A stretch of DNA of 27,902 bases from a bacterium (GCA_036244935.1 BTTC01000001.1:1-27902); one strand, 5' to 3'. Positions 17,076-26,555 are shown, numbered from the stretch's first letter. Notes: a model not told the origin generated them from the letters alone. Numbers and translations are program-made.

Positions 17076-17534
17076 ATTGCTTTGCCATAGATACGACGTA
17101 CACACGTAATGTCGATATTCGGTAGTGACGCAGTTTGAATATGCGCCCCCATGAAAACGGTTTTTGTAATAATCCTCCCCTTGCCGCAAGGCATGTAAGG
17201 GGAGGCGCAGGAGGGGTTTTACTGCTAATGCTTGTCATGGTGAGTCGTCATCCTGAGCTGTTTGCCGTGAGCTTGCCGAACGGTCGAAGGACGAACCACG
17301 ACAAGCTGAGTTATCAAAGCGCCCTTCGACAAGCTCAGGGTGACAATAGGGGACACCACCCCTGCGCCCCTCCTCGTGAGCCGAGGAGGGGAAATTGTCG
17401 TCAGCCGTTGCAAACGGTTTGTCGTGAATCAGATTTGGTTGGGGTCATAAAATTTGAAGTTTTCAAACTGACCCACTACCCGATATTCAGACCTGTTTAA
17501 ATCTATCGTATCTGCTAAAACTTGAAACGCTATA
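17076..17534. repeat. Copy of the ~101-bp repeat split by the MITE (halves 17076-17120 and 17481-17534)
   Basis: attgctttgccatagatacgacgtacacacgtaatgtcgatattc and agacctgtttaaatctatcgtatctgctaaaacttgaaacgctata rejoin into one colinear unit when 17121-17488 is removed. Confidence 0.85.
17121..17480 (+). mobile_element. MITE-like non-autonomous element, copy B (360 bp) with 8-bp target-site duplication
   Basis: TIRs ggtagtgacgcagtttgaa (17121-39) and ttcaaactgacccactacc (17462-80), 16/19 match. Perfect flanking direct repeat cgatattc (17113-20 and 17481-88). Confidence 0.9.
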
Positions 17535-17588
17535 GCATCGGTGATTCTATAAATTTCTCAATTTTTGTATGAATGCGCGCCGGTTTCG

Positions 17589-18785
17589 CTATGCAGGGCC
17601 GTCTGACAGCGCGGCGATTGCGGGCAGCGTATTGCCCTCCAGCAGCTGCAGGAACGCTCCGCCGCCGGTGGATATAAAAGAAATCTTGTCCGTCACGCCG
17701 CCCCGGTGGATCGCAACGTCGGTATCGCCGCCTCCTGTTATCGTAAGGGCGTAGGCGTTTGCGATGGTATTCACCATCGCCATCGTGCCGCGTGAAAATG
17801 GATCCATTTCAAAAACCCCCATGGGGCCGTTCCAGATGATCGTCTTTGCGTCGTAAAGGACTTCGTTGAAAAGCGTAACGCTTGCCGGCCCGATATCCGG
17901 CGCCGCCCAGTTTTCGGGTATCTCCTGCGCGGGAACAACCTTTGTCTGCGCCCTGGGATCGAGACGCTCCGCCACTACGAAATCCACCGGCAGGTAAAAT
18001 TTCACCCCTTTGCTTTTCGCCTTTTCCATAATCTCATTTACGGAACCGATAAGGTCCATCTCTACTATGTTTTTACCGGTCTCAAACCCGCGCGCCTTTA
18101 AAAACGTAAACGCCAGCCCGCCCCCCACGATCAGCTTGTCCACCTTGTCGATGAGGTTAAAAAGCACCTTTATCTTGGTGGATGCCTTTGCGCCGCCCAC
18201 AATGGCCACAACGGGATGGCTGGGGTTCGACACGGCGCGGTTGAAGTACTCTATCTCCTTTCTCATCAGGTAACCGCACACCGATTTATCGACGTAGCGC
18301 GTTACCCCCTCGGTGGATGCGTGGACGCGGTGGGCGGTTCCGAATGCGTCGTTGACAAACACATCCGCCAGTTTTGCGAGTTTTTGGGCAAACTCCGGTT
18401 TGTTTTTCGTCTCTTCCATATGGAAGCGCAGGTTTTCAAGAAGAAGCACGTCGCCGTTATCAAGCTCCGATACCGCCTTTTCCACCTCTGTACCTATGCA
18501 GTCATCCGCAAACTTCACTTCATGTTTAAGCAGTCTTGCAAGACGCGACTGCACTATGGTGAGGCTCAGTTTGGGGTCGCGCTCCCCCCGCGGTCTTCCA
18601 AGATGGGACATCAGGATTATCTTGGCGCCGCGATCTATGAGATCGTTGATTGTGGGCAGAGCGGCCCTGATCCTGTTATCGTCGGTTATCTTCTGAAAAT
18701 CGTCCAGCGGGACGTTGAAATCGACCCTTATCAGACAGCGTTTCCCGGTTAAGTCAATGTCGTTGATACAGAGTTTTTGCTTCAT
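17589..18785 (-). CDS. pgk: Phosphoglycerate kinase
   Basis: [39 protein letters not shown] and ISTGGGA motifs. Confidence 0.98.
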   Translation of the reverse strand: MKQKLCINDIDLTGKRCLIRVDFNVPLDDFQKITDDNRIRAALPTINDLIDRGAKIILMSHLGRPRGERDPKLSLTIVQSRLARLLKHEVKFADDCIGTEVEKAVSELDNGDVLLLENLRFHMEETKNKPEFAQKLAKLADVFVNDAFGTAHRVHASTEGVTRYVDKSVCGYLMRKEIEYFNRAVSNPSHPVVAIVGGAKASTKIKVLFNLIDKVDKLIVGGGLAFTFLKARGFETGKNIVEMDLIGSVNEIMEKAKSKGVKFYLPVDFVVAERLDPRAQTKVVPAQEIPENWAAPDIGPASVTLFNEVLYDAKTIIWNGPMGVFEMDPFSRGTMAMVNTIANAYALTITGGGDTDVAIHRGGVTDKISFISTGGGAFLQLLEGNTLPAIAALSDGPA

Positions 18786-19789
18786 ACGCCTTTTTTGGCC
18801 AGGAATTTCATGAGATCAACAACGCGGTTTGAATAGCCCCATTCGTTGTCGTACCATGACAGCACCTTAACCATATTCTTGTTGATTACTTTTGTGGATA
18901 GCCCGTCAACTATGGACGACGCCTTGTTACCCGCAAAATCCCTGGATACCAGCGGCAGACCGCAGAATTCGAGTATCCCTTTCAAGCCGTTATCCGCCGC
19001 GCGTTTCAACGCCGAGTTCACCTCCCCGGCTGACGTTTCCTTTTCCACCGTGCAAACGAGATCGATTACCGAAACGTTCGGCGTCGGTACGCGAATCGCC
19101 ATGCCGTCCAGTTTTCCCTTTACATCGGGCAGCACCAACCCAACCGCCTTGGCCGCGCCGGTTGTCGTGGGTATCATGGAAATCGCCGCCGCGCGCGCGC
19201 GCCTCAGATCCTTGTGCGGGAGATCAAGTACCTTCTGGTCGTTCGTGTAGGAATGGATGGTGGTCATATGCCCCACCACAAAACCGAAGTTTTCCATAAT
19301 AACCTTCACTACCGGCGCGAGGCAGTTGGTGGTGCACGACGCGTTGGAGATGATGTTGTGTTTTGCCGCATCGTACTTGCCGTCGTTGACACCCAGCACA
19401 ATGGTGAGATCTTCATCTTTGGCGGGCGCCGATATGATGACCTTTTTGGCGCCGGCCTGCAGGTGCTTTTGAGCGCCTTCGCGCTTTGTGAATATACCGG
19501 TGGATTCGACTACTATCTCCGCCCCCGTATCCTTCCACGGCAGATTGGCGGGGTCGCGTTCGCTTAGAACTTCTATGCGGCGCCCGGCGACCTTTATGAC
19601 GCTGCCTTCCACGGTCACGTCTTCGGCGAGGTTCCCCAAAACGGAGTCGTACTTTAAAAGATGTCCCAGCGTGGCGGGGTCCGTTATATCGTTGACAGCC
19701 AGAAACTCGATTTCTTTATCGTGCAGCGCGGCGCGCAGAATATTCCGGCCTATGCGGCCAAACCCGTTGATGGCAACCTTGATAGTCAT
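18782..19789 (-). CDS. gap: Glyceraldehyde-3-phosphate dehydrogenase, type I
   Basis: INGFGRIGR, catalytic [12 protein letters not shown] and WYDNEWGYS; overlaps the pgk start. Confidence 0.98.
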   Translation of the reverse strand: MTIKVAINGFGRIGRNILRAALHDKEIEFLAVNDITDPATLGHLLKYDSVLGNLAEDVTVEGSVIKVAGRRIEVLSERDPANLPWKDTGAEIVVESTGIFTKREGAQKHLQAGAKKVIISAPAKDEDLTIVLGVNDGKYDAAKHNIISNASCTTNCLAPVVKVIMENFGFVVGHMTTIHSYTNDQKVLDLPHKDLRRARAAAISMIPTTTGAAKAVGLVLPDVKGKLDGMAIRVPTPNVSVIDLVCTVEKETSAGEVNSALKRAADNGLKGILEFCGLPLVSRDFAGNKASSIVDGLSTKVINKNMVKVLSWYDNEWGYSNRVVDLMKFLAKKGV

Positions 19790-19948
19790 TTAATCACCTC
19801 AAAATCTAAAGGAACAACAATTATGGTTTCAAAAAAAACAGTTAACAATCCCTCTAATAATCCCTCTTGAATTCACCCCGCAACCTTTTACCCAGCTAAC
19901 CGCGCAAGTTTGCAAGCAAACGGCCAACTTTTATTTTAAAGTAACCGG

Positions 19949-22393
19949 ATGCGAATGCGGCTTTATCATACGCCGTCCCTTGAGTTTCTGATAGCACTGA
20001 TTACAGGAATACTCGCGGGCCGTATTTACGGCGGCGGAACATCAGCTTACATTGTTTCAGCCGTGGTTTGCATGGTACTTATTATCTTTTCCACTATTAC
20101 TAAAAAGTTCAGATGGCTATTGATTCTTTTCATGGCGGCAGGGTTTTGGTCCATCAACCACGCGGAGGCGGTTTTCGATGCGCCCGACCATATTGGGAAT
20201 TTTGTTCCTTCAAGCCATGCGGAAGTGACGGGCAAAGTAAGCGCGCCGTTCAACTACTACGGCGGCGCCTACCGCTTCGTCCTTGACGCGAAAGAACTGA
20301 AATCGAAAGATGGCAAGTCGACGCCGGTATCCGGCAAAGTGATTGTAAAAATTTACGGCGGCAAAAATCCGCCGCTGCCGGGCAGCGATATCCTCCTTAA
20401 AGACGTGCGTATTAAACCCGTTTTGGGGCTGCGGAACTTCGACGCTTTCGATTACGAACTCTACATGCGCGACAGAGGCATCGTAGTGCGCGTTAACACG
20501 CCGGAGTCGAGGAAAGGTAAAAATAAGATCGAGCCGGTTTCATCCGGCAACCGCCTGTCGCCGCGCAAGCTGGGCGAGCGGGCGCGCAGATATGTAATGA
20601 GCTTTATCGATAAAACTTTTCCGCCCCAAACCGCGCCGGTCGCAAAGGCGATGACCGTTGCAGTAACGGGGGAGATCAGCCAGGACGTAAGGCGGCGGTT
20701 CGTTGTATCGGGGCTTGCGCACCTTCTGGCTATATCTGGACTCCACGTCGGTTTCATTAGCGGCCTTACTTATTTCGTTTTGGAAATATTCTTTTTTTAC
20801 GTTTTTCTTTTTCTTAAACCACGGCTGCTTGAAAGCGGCATACATCAAAGACCGGCGGCAATCGCCGCGTTATTGGCGGTTGCGCTTTACGTGCTTATCG
20901 CGGGCGGGCGCGTATCGGCGCTCAGGGCCGGGATAATGGTGGGAGTTTATTTCCTGTCCGCCGCGCTCGGCAGGGAGCGGGAAATTTTAAACGCGCTGGC
21001 ATTATCCGCAATCATCATATTGCTGTTCGATCCCGCCGCGCTTTTCAGCGTCTCTTTCATCCTGTCTTATACGGCGGTCATGGCGATAATCTTCATGTTG
21101 TCCTATGAATCCGAAAAAACGGTCGATCCGCTTGACGCGCTTTTACCTGAAACGCGGTTTTCAAAAATAGCCGGTTTTTTCATGACAACGATAAAGATAA
21201 CCCTTGCCGTAACCGTTTCAGTCGCTCCCATCGTTATGTGGTTTTTCGGGGAGGCGCATTTCGGCGGACTGGGGGCAAACGTACTTGCCCTGCCGATGGC
21301 GGCGGTTGCAATACCATCCACGCTTATAGGAGCATTCCTGGATTTTGCAATACATCCGGCGGTCGGCTTGGCTGCGTCGCTTCCCGCCGTTTTCGCTATG
21401 GGCGGTATCGATACCGTAACAAAGTTTTTTTCGCAGCTCGACCTCTTTTCCTTCGAGGGGGCCAGGCCGCCGCTTGCTTTGGTGGTTTTGTGGTACGCAA
21501 CGCTTCTTGCGTGGTCTTTCTTCAAGCTGCGCGTTATCAAGCATTTCGCGCTGGCGGTAACGCTTTCGCTAGTACTGATCTTTTACATGCCCCATGCGCG
21601 CCACGATACGCAGCTGCATATCTTCGATGCCGGACAGGGGGAAGCCATGCTCGTGATGCTGGAGAGCGGCGAAAATATCCTCATAGACGGCGGCGCTAAA
21701 TATTCACGTTTCGACACGGGAGAAATTTTATACGGCAGGTTCAAGGAACTTGGAATAAAAAAACTCGACGCGGTGATAGCCACCCACGGCGACAACGATC
21801 ACTCCGGCGGGCTTGCGACCGTCATGAAGAGGATTGATGTAAAACGTTATTACGATAACGGCCTGGACGATGACAAGGGAATGATTAAGAAACTACGCCG
21901 TATAGCCGAAAAGCGCGGCATACCGTACAAAAAACTTCGCGCGGGTATGGAACTGCCGATGCCGGACGGCAGCCGGTTGACCGTTTTACATCCTGCGGAC
22001 GAATTCATGCAAAACAATCCCGCTATGGAAGATAACGAAACATCGCTGGCGCTTATGCTGAAAACGGAGTCCGTATCGATACTTCTGACAGGTGATATGG
22101 AAAAAAAGGCGGAAAAATATCTGCTGGAAAGCGGAGCCGACCTCAAGGCGGATGTTTTGAAGGTGGCGCATCACGGCAGCAACACGTCAAGCTCGGCAAA
22201 ATTTCTGGATGCGGTTTCGCCGCATACGGCGGTAATAAGCGTGGGGAGGCTTAACAGGTTCAGGTTCCCGTCAAAAAAGGTTACGAAGCGTCTGGAAAAA
22301 AGAGGCGTCAGGATTTATTCAACAAAGGATAACGGAGAGATAACGCTTACGCTAAGCGACGGCAAAATAAAAACCCGCACCTTTGCAAACTGA
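19949..22393 (+). CDS. comEC: DNA internalization competence protein ComEC/Rec2 (DUF4131 + Competence + MBL domains)
   Basis: GLAHLLAISGLHVG, SALRAGIM, FDAGQGEA, LIDGG, THGDNDHSGG, LLTGD and LKVAHHGS motifs. Confidence 0.95.
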   Translation: MRMRLYHTPSLEFLIALITGILAGRIYGGGTSAYIVSAVVCMVLIIFSTITKKFRWLLILFMAAGFWSINHAEAVFDAPDHIGNFVPSSHAEVTGKVSAPFNYYGGAYRFVLDAKELKSKDGKSTPVSGKVIVKIYGGKNPPLPGSDILLKDVRIKPVLGLRNFDAFDYELYMRDRGIVVRVNTPESRKGKNKIEPVSSGNRLSPRKLGERARRYVMSFIDKTFPPQTAPVAKAMTVAVTGEISQDVRRRFVVSGLAHLLAISGLHVGFISGLTYFVLEIFFFYVFLFLKPRLLESGIHQRPAAIAALLAVALYVLIAGGRVSALRAGIMVGVYFLSAALGREREILNALALSAIIILLFDPAALFSVSFILSYTAVMAIIFMLSYESEKTVDPLDALLPETRFSKIAGFFMTTIKITLAVTVSVAPIVMWFFGEAHFGGLGANVLALPMAAVAIPSTLIGAFLDFAIHPAVGLAASLPAVFAMGGIDTVTKFFSQLDLFSFEGARPPLALVVLWYATLLAWSFFKLRVIKHFALAVTLSLVLIFYMPHARHDTQLHIFDAGQGEAMLVMLESGENILIDGGAKYSRFDTGEILYGRFKELGIKKLDAVIATHGDNDHSGGLATVMKRIDVKRYYDNGLDDDKGMIKKLRRIAEKRGIPYKKLRAGMELPMPDGSRLTVLHPADEFMQNNPAMEDNETSLALMLKTESVSILLTGDMEKKAEKYLLESGADLKADVLKVAHHGSNTSSSAKFLDAVSPHTAVISVGRLNRFRFPSKKVTKRLEKRGVRIYSTKDNGEITLTLSDGKIKTRTFAN

Positions 22394-22421
22394 ATTTTAT
22401 ATACCTTATACTTTGACGGCA

Positions 22422-23687
22422 ATGAAAATTCTTATCGTGGGAGGCGGCGGGCGCGAGCACGCCATAGCGTGGAAACTTGCCCAAAGCAGCCGGGTGGAAA
22501 AAATCTTCTGCGCGCCGGGTAACGCCGGAACGGCGCAGACGTGCACTAACGTACCAATCAGTGCGGATGACTTAAACGCGCTAATCGATTTTGCGGTGAA
22601 GGAAGGCGTGGGACTTACCGTCGTCGGACCGGAGGCGCCGCTCGTTGGCGGGATAGTCGATCTCTTTAATAAAAACAACCTGAAAATATTCGGCCCGTCG
22701 AAGGACGCCGCCATGCTTGAAGGAAGCAAAATTTTCATGAAAGAAATTTTGGAAAATGCCGGCATTCCCACCGCAATGTACAAAACGTTCACGAGTATAA
22801 AATCCGCGCTCGTCTATGCGAAAGGGGTAGAAAGATGGCCGCAGGTTATAAAAGCGGACGGACTGGCGGCGGGCAAGGGAGTTCTGGTGGCTTCGGACTA
22901 CGAAGAGGCCGCAACGTGGGCTGAAAAAATGTCCCAAGAACTGTTCGGCGATTCGGGCGGCAAGTGGATTATCGAAGATTTTATACACGGCGAGGAGGCT
23001 TCGTACATCGTAGTATCCGATGGCGAAAATTACGCGCCGCTTGCAACATCGCAGGATCACAAGCGCGCCCTCGACGGCGACAAAGGCCCGAACACCGGCG
23101 GCATGGGGGCGTACTCCCCGGCACCGGTTATTACGCCGGAGGTTGAAAAAAAAATAAAGAAAAAAATCATAGAACCACTCCTTAACGAGATGCGGTTACG
23201 CGGCATGCCGTTTAAAGGCTTCTTATACGCCGGACTTATGATTTCCGATGGCGAGCCTTCAGTTTTGGAATTCAACGTCCGCCTGGGCGATCCCGAAGCG
23301 CAGCCGATATTGTGCCGATACGGCGGTGACCTTCTTGACCTGCTTGAAGCGTCGGCGGACGGCGACGTTTCCGGCATTAATCCGCGGTGGGAGGATAACG
23401 CAGCCGTCTGCATCGTGATGGCCTCGGGCGGATACCCGGGCGATTACGAAAAAGGCCATATCATTGAGGGACTCAATAAAAAAGCGGAAGACGTTGTTGT
23501 TTTCCACGCCGGGACCCGGCTTGAAGAAGGTCGGGTTGTTACCTCAGGCGGCAGGGTTTTGGGCGTAACCGCCACGGCGCCGACCATAAGGGAAGCCGCC
23601 GAGGCCGCCTACTCGCGCGCCGCCCTTATCAAGTGGAAAGACGCTTTTTACCGAAAGGATATCGCCGCCCGCGCAATAAGACGCTAG
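22422..23687 (+). CDS. purD: Phosphoribosylamine--glycine ligase
   Basis: MKILIVGGGGREHAIAW, IKADGLAAGKGV, QDHKR...GPNTGGMGAYSP, EFNVRLGDPE and TSGGRVL. ATG at 22422 (ORF track extends to TTG 22383). Confidence 0.98.
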   Translation: MKILIVGGGGREHAIAWKLAQSSRVEKIFCAPGNAGTAQTCTNVPISADDLNALIDFAVKEGVGLTVVGPEAPLVGGIVDLFNKNNLKIFGPSKDAAMLEGSKIFMKEILENAGIPTAMYKTFTSIKSALVYAKGVERWPQVIKADGLAAGKGVLVASDYEEAATWAEKMSQELFGDSGGKWIIEDFIHGEEASYIVVSDGENYAPLATSQDHKRALDGDKGPNTGGMGAYSPAPVITPEVEKKIKKKIIEPLLNEMRLRGMPFKGFLYAGLMISDGEPSVLEFNVRLGDPEAQPILCRYGGDLLDLLEASADGDVSGINPRWEDNAAVCIVMASGGYPGDYEKGHIIEGLNKKAEDVVVFHAGTRLEEGRVVTSGGRVLGVTATAPTIREAAEAAYSRAALIKWKDAFYRKDIAARAIRR

Positions 23688-23699
23688 TGTAAAAAGGAT

Positions 23700-23811
23700 A
23701 AAAAAAACCTCCGCCTGCCTACGGCAGCCACCCCCTCTTTATGCTCGCGCAAGGGGAGGATTATTGAAAAACCGTGTTCGTGGGCATATCGGTTCAAACT
23801 GAGACACCGCC
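23700..23811 (-). mobile_element. Partial MITE copy C (left arm only, reverse orientation)
   Basis: Reverse complement ggcggtgtctcagtttgaa...gcccacgaacacggtttttcaataatcctccccttgcgcgagca...ggtggctgccgtaggcaggcggaggtttt matches the left ~110 bp of 6216-6541 and 17121-17480. Confidence 0.8.
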
Positions 23812-24006
23812 AAAATGTTACTGACGATTGAAACACCAAAAATCGCTATTACGCAATAACCGAACAGTAGTGTTGATGAAGCAAGATGCTGTGGGTACCG
23901 AAAGTCGCATTTTAGTATTTATAATGAATAACGATATGATATGGTAATAGAGTAGCTGGTTTGTTTATTTTTTCCGTTAATAGCTACTACTGAATTTATA
24001 AAGGCT

Positions 24007-24669
24007 CTATGTAACTTTATCTGTAAAACACTGGCCATTATTACAAACTACGTGACATACAAAGGGTTGTTTTATCACTACGCCGAATCTATTTTGTGCT
24101 TTAACTGCGTATGAGACTAAATAAGGGGTTTGTTCTGTTCCTTGGCCGTTAATCATAATAAAGTCGAAGGAGGCTGAATCTGGAGATACCAAGGATATTC
24201 TTATTGTCCTTTCACAAGCACCAATTGCGTTTGCCTCTGGGTCGTTACCTAAATTATTGCCTGTTATAATTCCGTATAGAGGACCAATAATTATAATAAA
24301 GGCTGCTAGGCCTATTATTCCTAGCGTCCATGTGGCAATGGTTGTAGTTTCTTTTGTTTTTTCAGGATTGAACCCCTTTTTAAAATTTATTTTTAATTGT
24401 TCTATTGCTTTTTTTATTTTTTCAGGATTGAACTCTTTTTTAAAATCTTTTTTCGTAGCCTTTCTTGATTCAACAGCTTCTGGAGAGTTCCATGCTTTCT
24501 TTAGCTCTTTTTTGAATTCAACAGCTTTTGGAGAGTCCCAAGTTTTCGCAATGATCTCATTTGAAATATTTTCCCAATAACTAATCTTAAGAGGTTGGCC
24601 GCAATTTGGGCATGATCTAGCGTTATCAGATATTTTATTTTTACATTCGGGACAATCGATTAAAGCCAC
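24007..24669 (-). CDS. Hypothetical zinc-ribbon membrane protein
   Basis: MALIDCPECKNKISDNARSCPNCGQP (two CxxC), Lys-rich repeats, one TM, and a C-terminal domain C...SPDSASF...AQNRFG...FVC; AT-rich. Confidence 0.8.
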   Translation of the reverse strand: MALIDCPECKNKISDNARSCPNCGQPLKISYWENISNEIIAKTWDSPKAVEFKKELKKAWNSPEAVESRKATKKDFKKEFNPEKIKKAIEQLKINFKKGFNPEKTKETTTIATWTLGIIGLAAFIIIIGPLYGIITGNNLGNDPEANAIGACERTIRISLVSPDSASFDFIMINGQGTEQTPYLVSYAVKAQNRFGVVIKQPFVCHVVCNNGQCFTDKVT

Positions 24670-24727
24670 TGTATATTCTTTTTTGTGGAGATTGAAAATA
24701 TCTTATTCACTGAAAATACGTACGTCC

Positions 24728-25753
24728 TTACTCATTATCACTTGAACCAATAAGAATTTCTTTTAATGGTTGCGGCATAGATGAAATATATGCCCCGCTC
24801 GTCAAATAAGACAAGAGAGATGGTCTACTTTCTATAATTTGGATTTTTTGGTTTTTGTCGATATCCTTCGGTTCCTCCTGAATTATTTTCTGCAATGCAA
24901 CAAGGCCGGGATGAATTATTAACTTGGTTTTACTTATGGCTTGCCGTACAAGAATTTCCTTTGCTTTTAATTCCTCCTCATCTTTTTCAAAAGCTTTGTC
25001 AGACTTGGAGAGCTTAGATGAGAAACGGTTTGCGATGTCTCCTCTAATTTTATGAACTAATTCACTTATTGCTTCATATCCTCCTGTTAAAGCAACGAGG
25101 AGGAATAACAAATCAATAATCGGATTTGTGGCTATTGCAATCACACCGACTGCCCCAATAGTCGGCAACCACTTTGCTACTAAACTATTTTTCTGCTTCG
25201 GATCGGCGATTTCTTTTTCAACCTTTTTAGCCTCAATGTAATCTTCGTTTAATTTTTTCATAGACCTGTGGAAATAATCTGTAAATGCTTTAATTATTGT
25301 TTCCTGAAATATCTTTTTTTCGTAGCTTTCTATTGAGTGTGCGCCATAAATCACTATATGAGGAATTGGAATCTTATATGAATTCCTTGATGCTGATTCA
25401 TACTCGGAAAAATTAGCAAATACTTTATAACTGTTGGTGGACTTCCCTGCTGGAAAAATAAAGAAAGGAATGTCGCATCGGGTAGTGAATAAATCGGGAG
25501 CATCTTTAATTTCACTGATTAGCTCAGAATATTTATTTTTAGAGGATGACATTAAATTCATTATGTTGGGGAGTTCGATACCTTTGATTTTACCTACAAC
25601 CGAAGATGAATACTCTTTGGTTTTCGAATAGCCGGAAGAAGAATAGTTTTTTAATAACCCCCAGCCAGAGGAGAAACTTGAGGATAATTTATTTTTTAGT
25701 GATGAACTTTGTGGTTCAAAATTATTTTGTTTTTCTTCATTGTCACTGTCCAT
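24728..25753 (-). CDS. Hypothetical protein with hydrophobic hairpin flanked by coiled coils
   Basis: 341-aa AT-rich ORF with Ser-rich N-terminus and hydrophobic stretch WLPTIGAVGVIAIATNPIIDLLFLLVALTGG. No family recognised. Confidence 0.7.
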   Translation of the reverse strand: MDSDNEEKQNNFEPQSSSLKNKLSSSFSSGWGLLKNYSSSGYSKTKEYSSSVVGKIKGIELPNIMNLMSSSKNKYSELISEIKDAPDLFTTRCDIPFFIFPAGKSTNSYKVFANFSEYESASRNSYKIPIPHIVIYGAHSIESYEKKIFQETIIKAFTDYFHRSMKKLNEDYIEAKKVEKEIADPKQKNSLVAKWLPTIGAVGVIAIATNPIIDLLFLLVALTGGYEAISELVHKIRGDIANRFSSKLSKSDKAFEKDEEELKAKEILVRQAISKTKLIIHPGLVALQKIIQEEPKDIDKNQKIQIIESRPSLLSYLTSGAYISSMPQPLKEILIGSSDNE

Positions 25754-26078
25754 TTGAAAACCTCACTACAAACCAAATTAGTATTGCAATACCGGCTAAT
25801 AACCCTATGAGGAAGACCATAATCACCTTATAAGTGTTTGCCCATGTAGCTTTTCGCTTTAGCTCATTTACTTCTTTCTCTCTGACCGTTTCTTTGAAAT
25901 TCCTAACTTCCTCTAAAGCAACCTTTGAAACATGAGATTCCTGGGCTGATAAGATGAAGGTCTCTTTGGTCGGACTTACGTCTAGCGAGTTGGGCCCTAC
26001 AACTTCAGGAACAAGGGGGTTTTGATTATTTCCTTTTTTCAATGATCTTTTATTTTCCCCATTTTCAAATTTCGGCAT
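25743..26078 (-). CDS. Hypothetical small protein with C-terminal TM helix
   Basis: 111-aa ORF ending in VIMVFLIGLLAGIAILIWFVV; overlaps the next ORF by 11 bp. Confidence 0.6.
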   Translation of the reverse strand: MPKFENGENKRSLKKGNNQNPLVPEVVGPNSLDVSPTKETFILSAQESHVSKVALEEVRNFKETVREKEVNELKRKATWANTYKVIMVFLIGLLAGIAILIWFVVRFSNGQ

Positions 26079-26113
26079 AATTGATCTTCCTAACGATAAA
26101 GTTTAAGAATATT

Positions 26114-26260
26114 TCATGATATTTTTCCGCAGTTTTTTGTGGCTCTATAACCATTCGCCTCGGCTTCTTCGATAGTAGAAAAAATGAGGCGATTATTTTC
26201 TGATATTCTTTTGTAACTAGGACATCCTCCCCAATGGAAAATCCGGCTCCGCTTATTCAC
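26114..26260 (-). CDS. 48-aa Ada-like metal-binding mini-protein, or C-terminal remnant of an IS-truncated gene (absent from ORF track)
   Basis: Manual translation: MNKRSRIFHWGGCPSYKRISENNRLIFSTIEEAEANGYRATKNCGKIS. GTG start with AGGAG 8 nt upstream; resembles the Ada_Zn_binding pattern (..IY[CH]xxxC...F.T.EEA...GYR..K.C). Confidence 0.6.
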   Translation of the reverse strand: MNKRSRIFHWGGCPSYKRISENNRLIFSTIEEAEANGYRATKNCGKIS

Positions 26261-26273
26261 GACTATGGCTCCT

Positions 26274-26555
26274 AGAAGTGGACCCCATTCATTGGACAGT
26301 TCGGCGGTTTTTTTAAGGTGGAATCCATGTTCATAACTGCGCCGCCAGTTTCTTTCCTTTCAAGCCATAGTAAACTTCATTCGGGGTGTTTCCGTCAAGC
26401 GAAGAATGAGGCCGCTCCGAGTTGTAGTAGCTGATCCATCCACCGATGCCATCCCTGCATTCCGTCCCGTTCTCAAAAGCTTGCAGATAAACGCACTCGT
26501 ATTTCAAAGATTGCCAAAACCGCTCGATGAAAACATTGTCAGTACGCAACTGACT
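26274..26555 (-). mobile_element. IS3-family remnant (3' end of transposase plus right terminal repeat)
   Basis: DNVFIERFWQSLKYECVY...YYNSERPHSSLDGNTPNEVY is the C-terminal part of an IS3 integrase core (stop at 26331). End-like sequence agaagtggaccccattcattggacag (TG mutated to AG) at 26274-99. The upstream part of the transposase is missing. Confidence 0.85.

Noticed and set aside
17135-17500. 121-aa ORF (and 6128-6382, 6339-6527, 17225-17413) as real genes
   Set aside because: They are translations of GC-rich palindromic MITE/REP sequence with no protein-like motifs.
19843-19867. Operator made of a 12-bp-period direct repeat (taa[c/t]aatccctct) between gap and comEC
   Set aside because: Two short copies only, compatible with simple slippage; no recognisable regulator motif.
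23675-23699. Second end of MITE copy C supplying the purD stop (gcTAGtgt resembles GGTAGTGT)
   Set aside because: Only 7/8 bp match, the CAGTTTGAA half of the TIR is absent, and the flanks (aataagac vs aaaatgtt) are not a convincing duplication.
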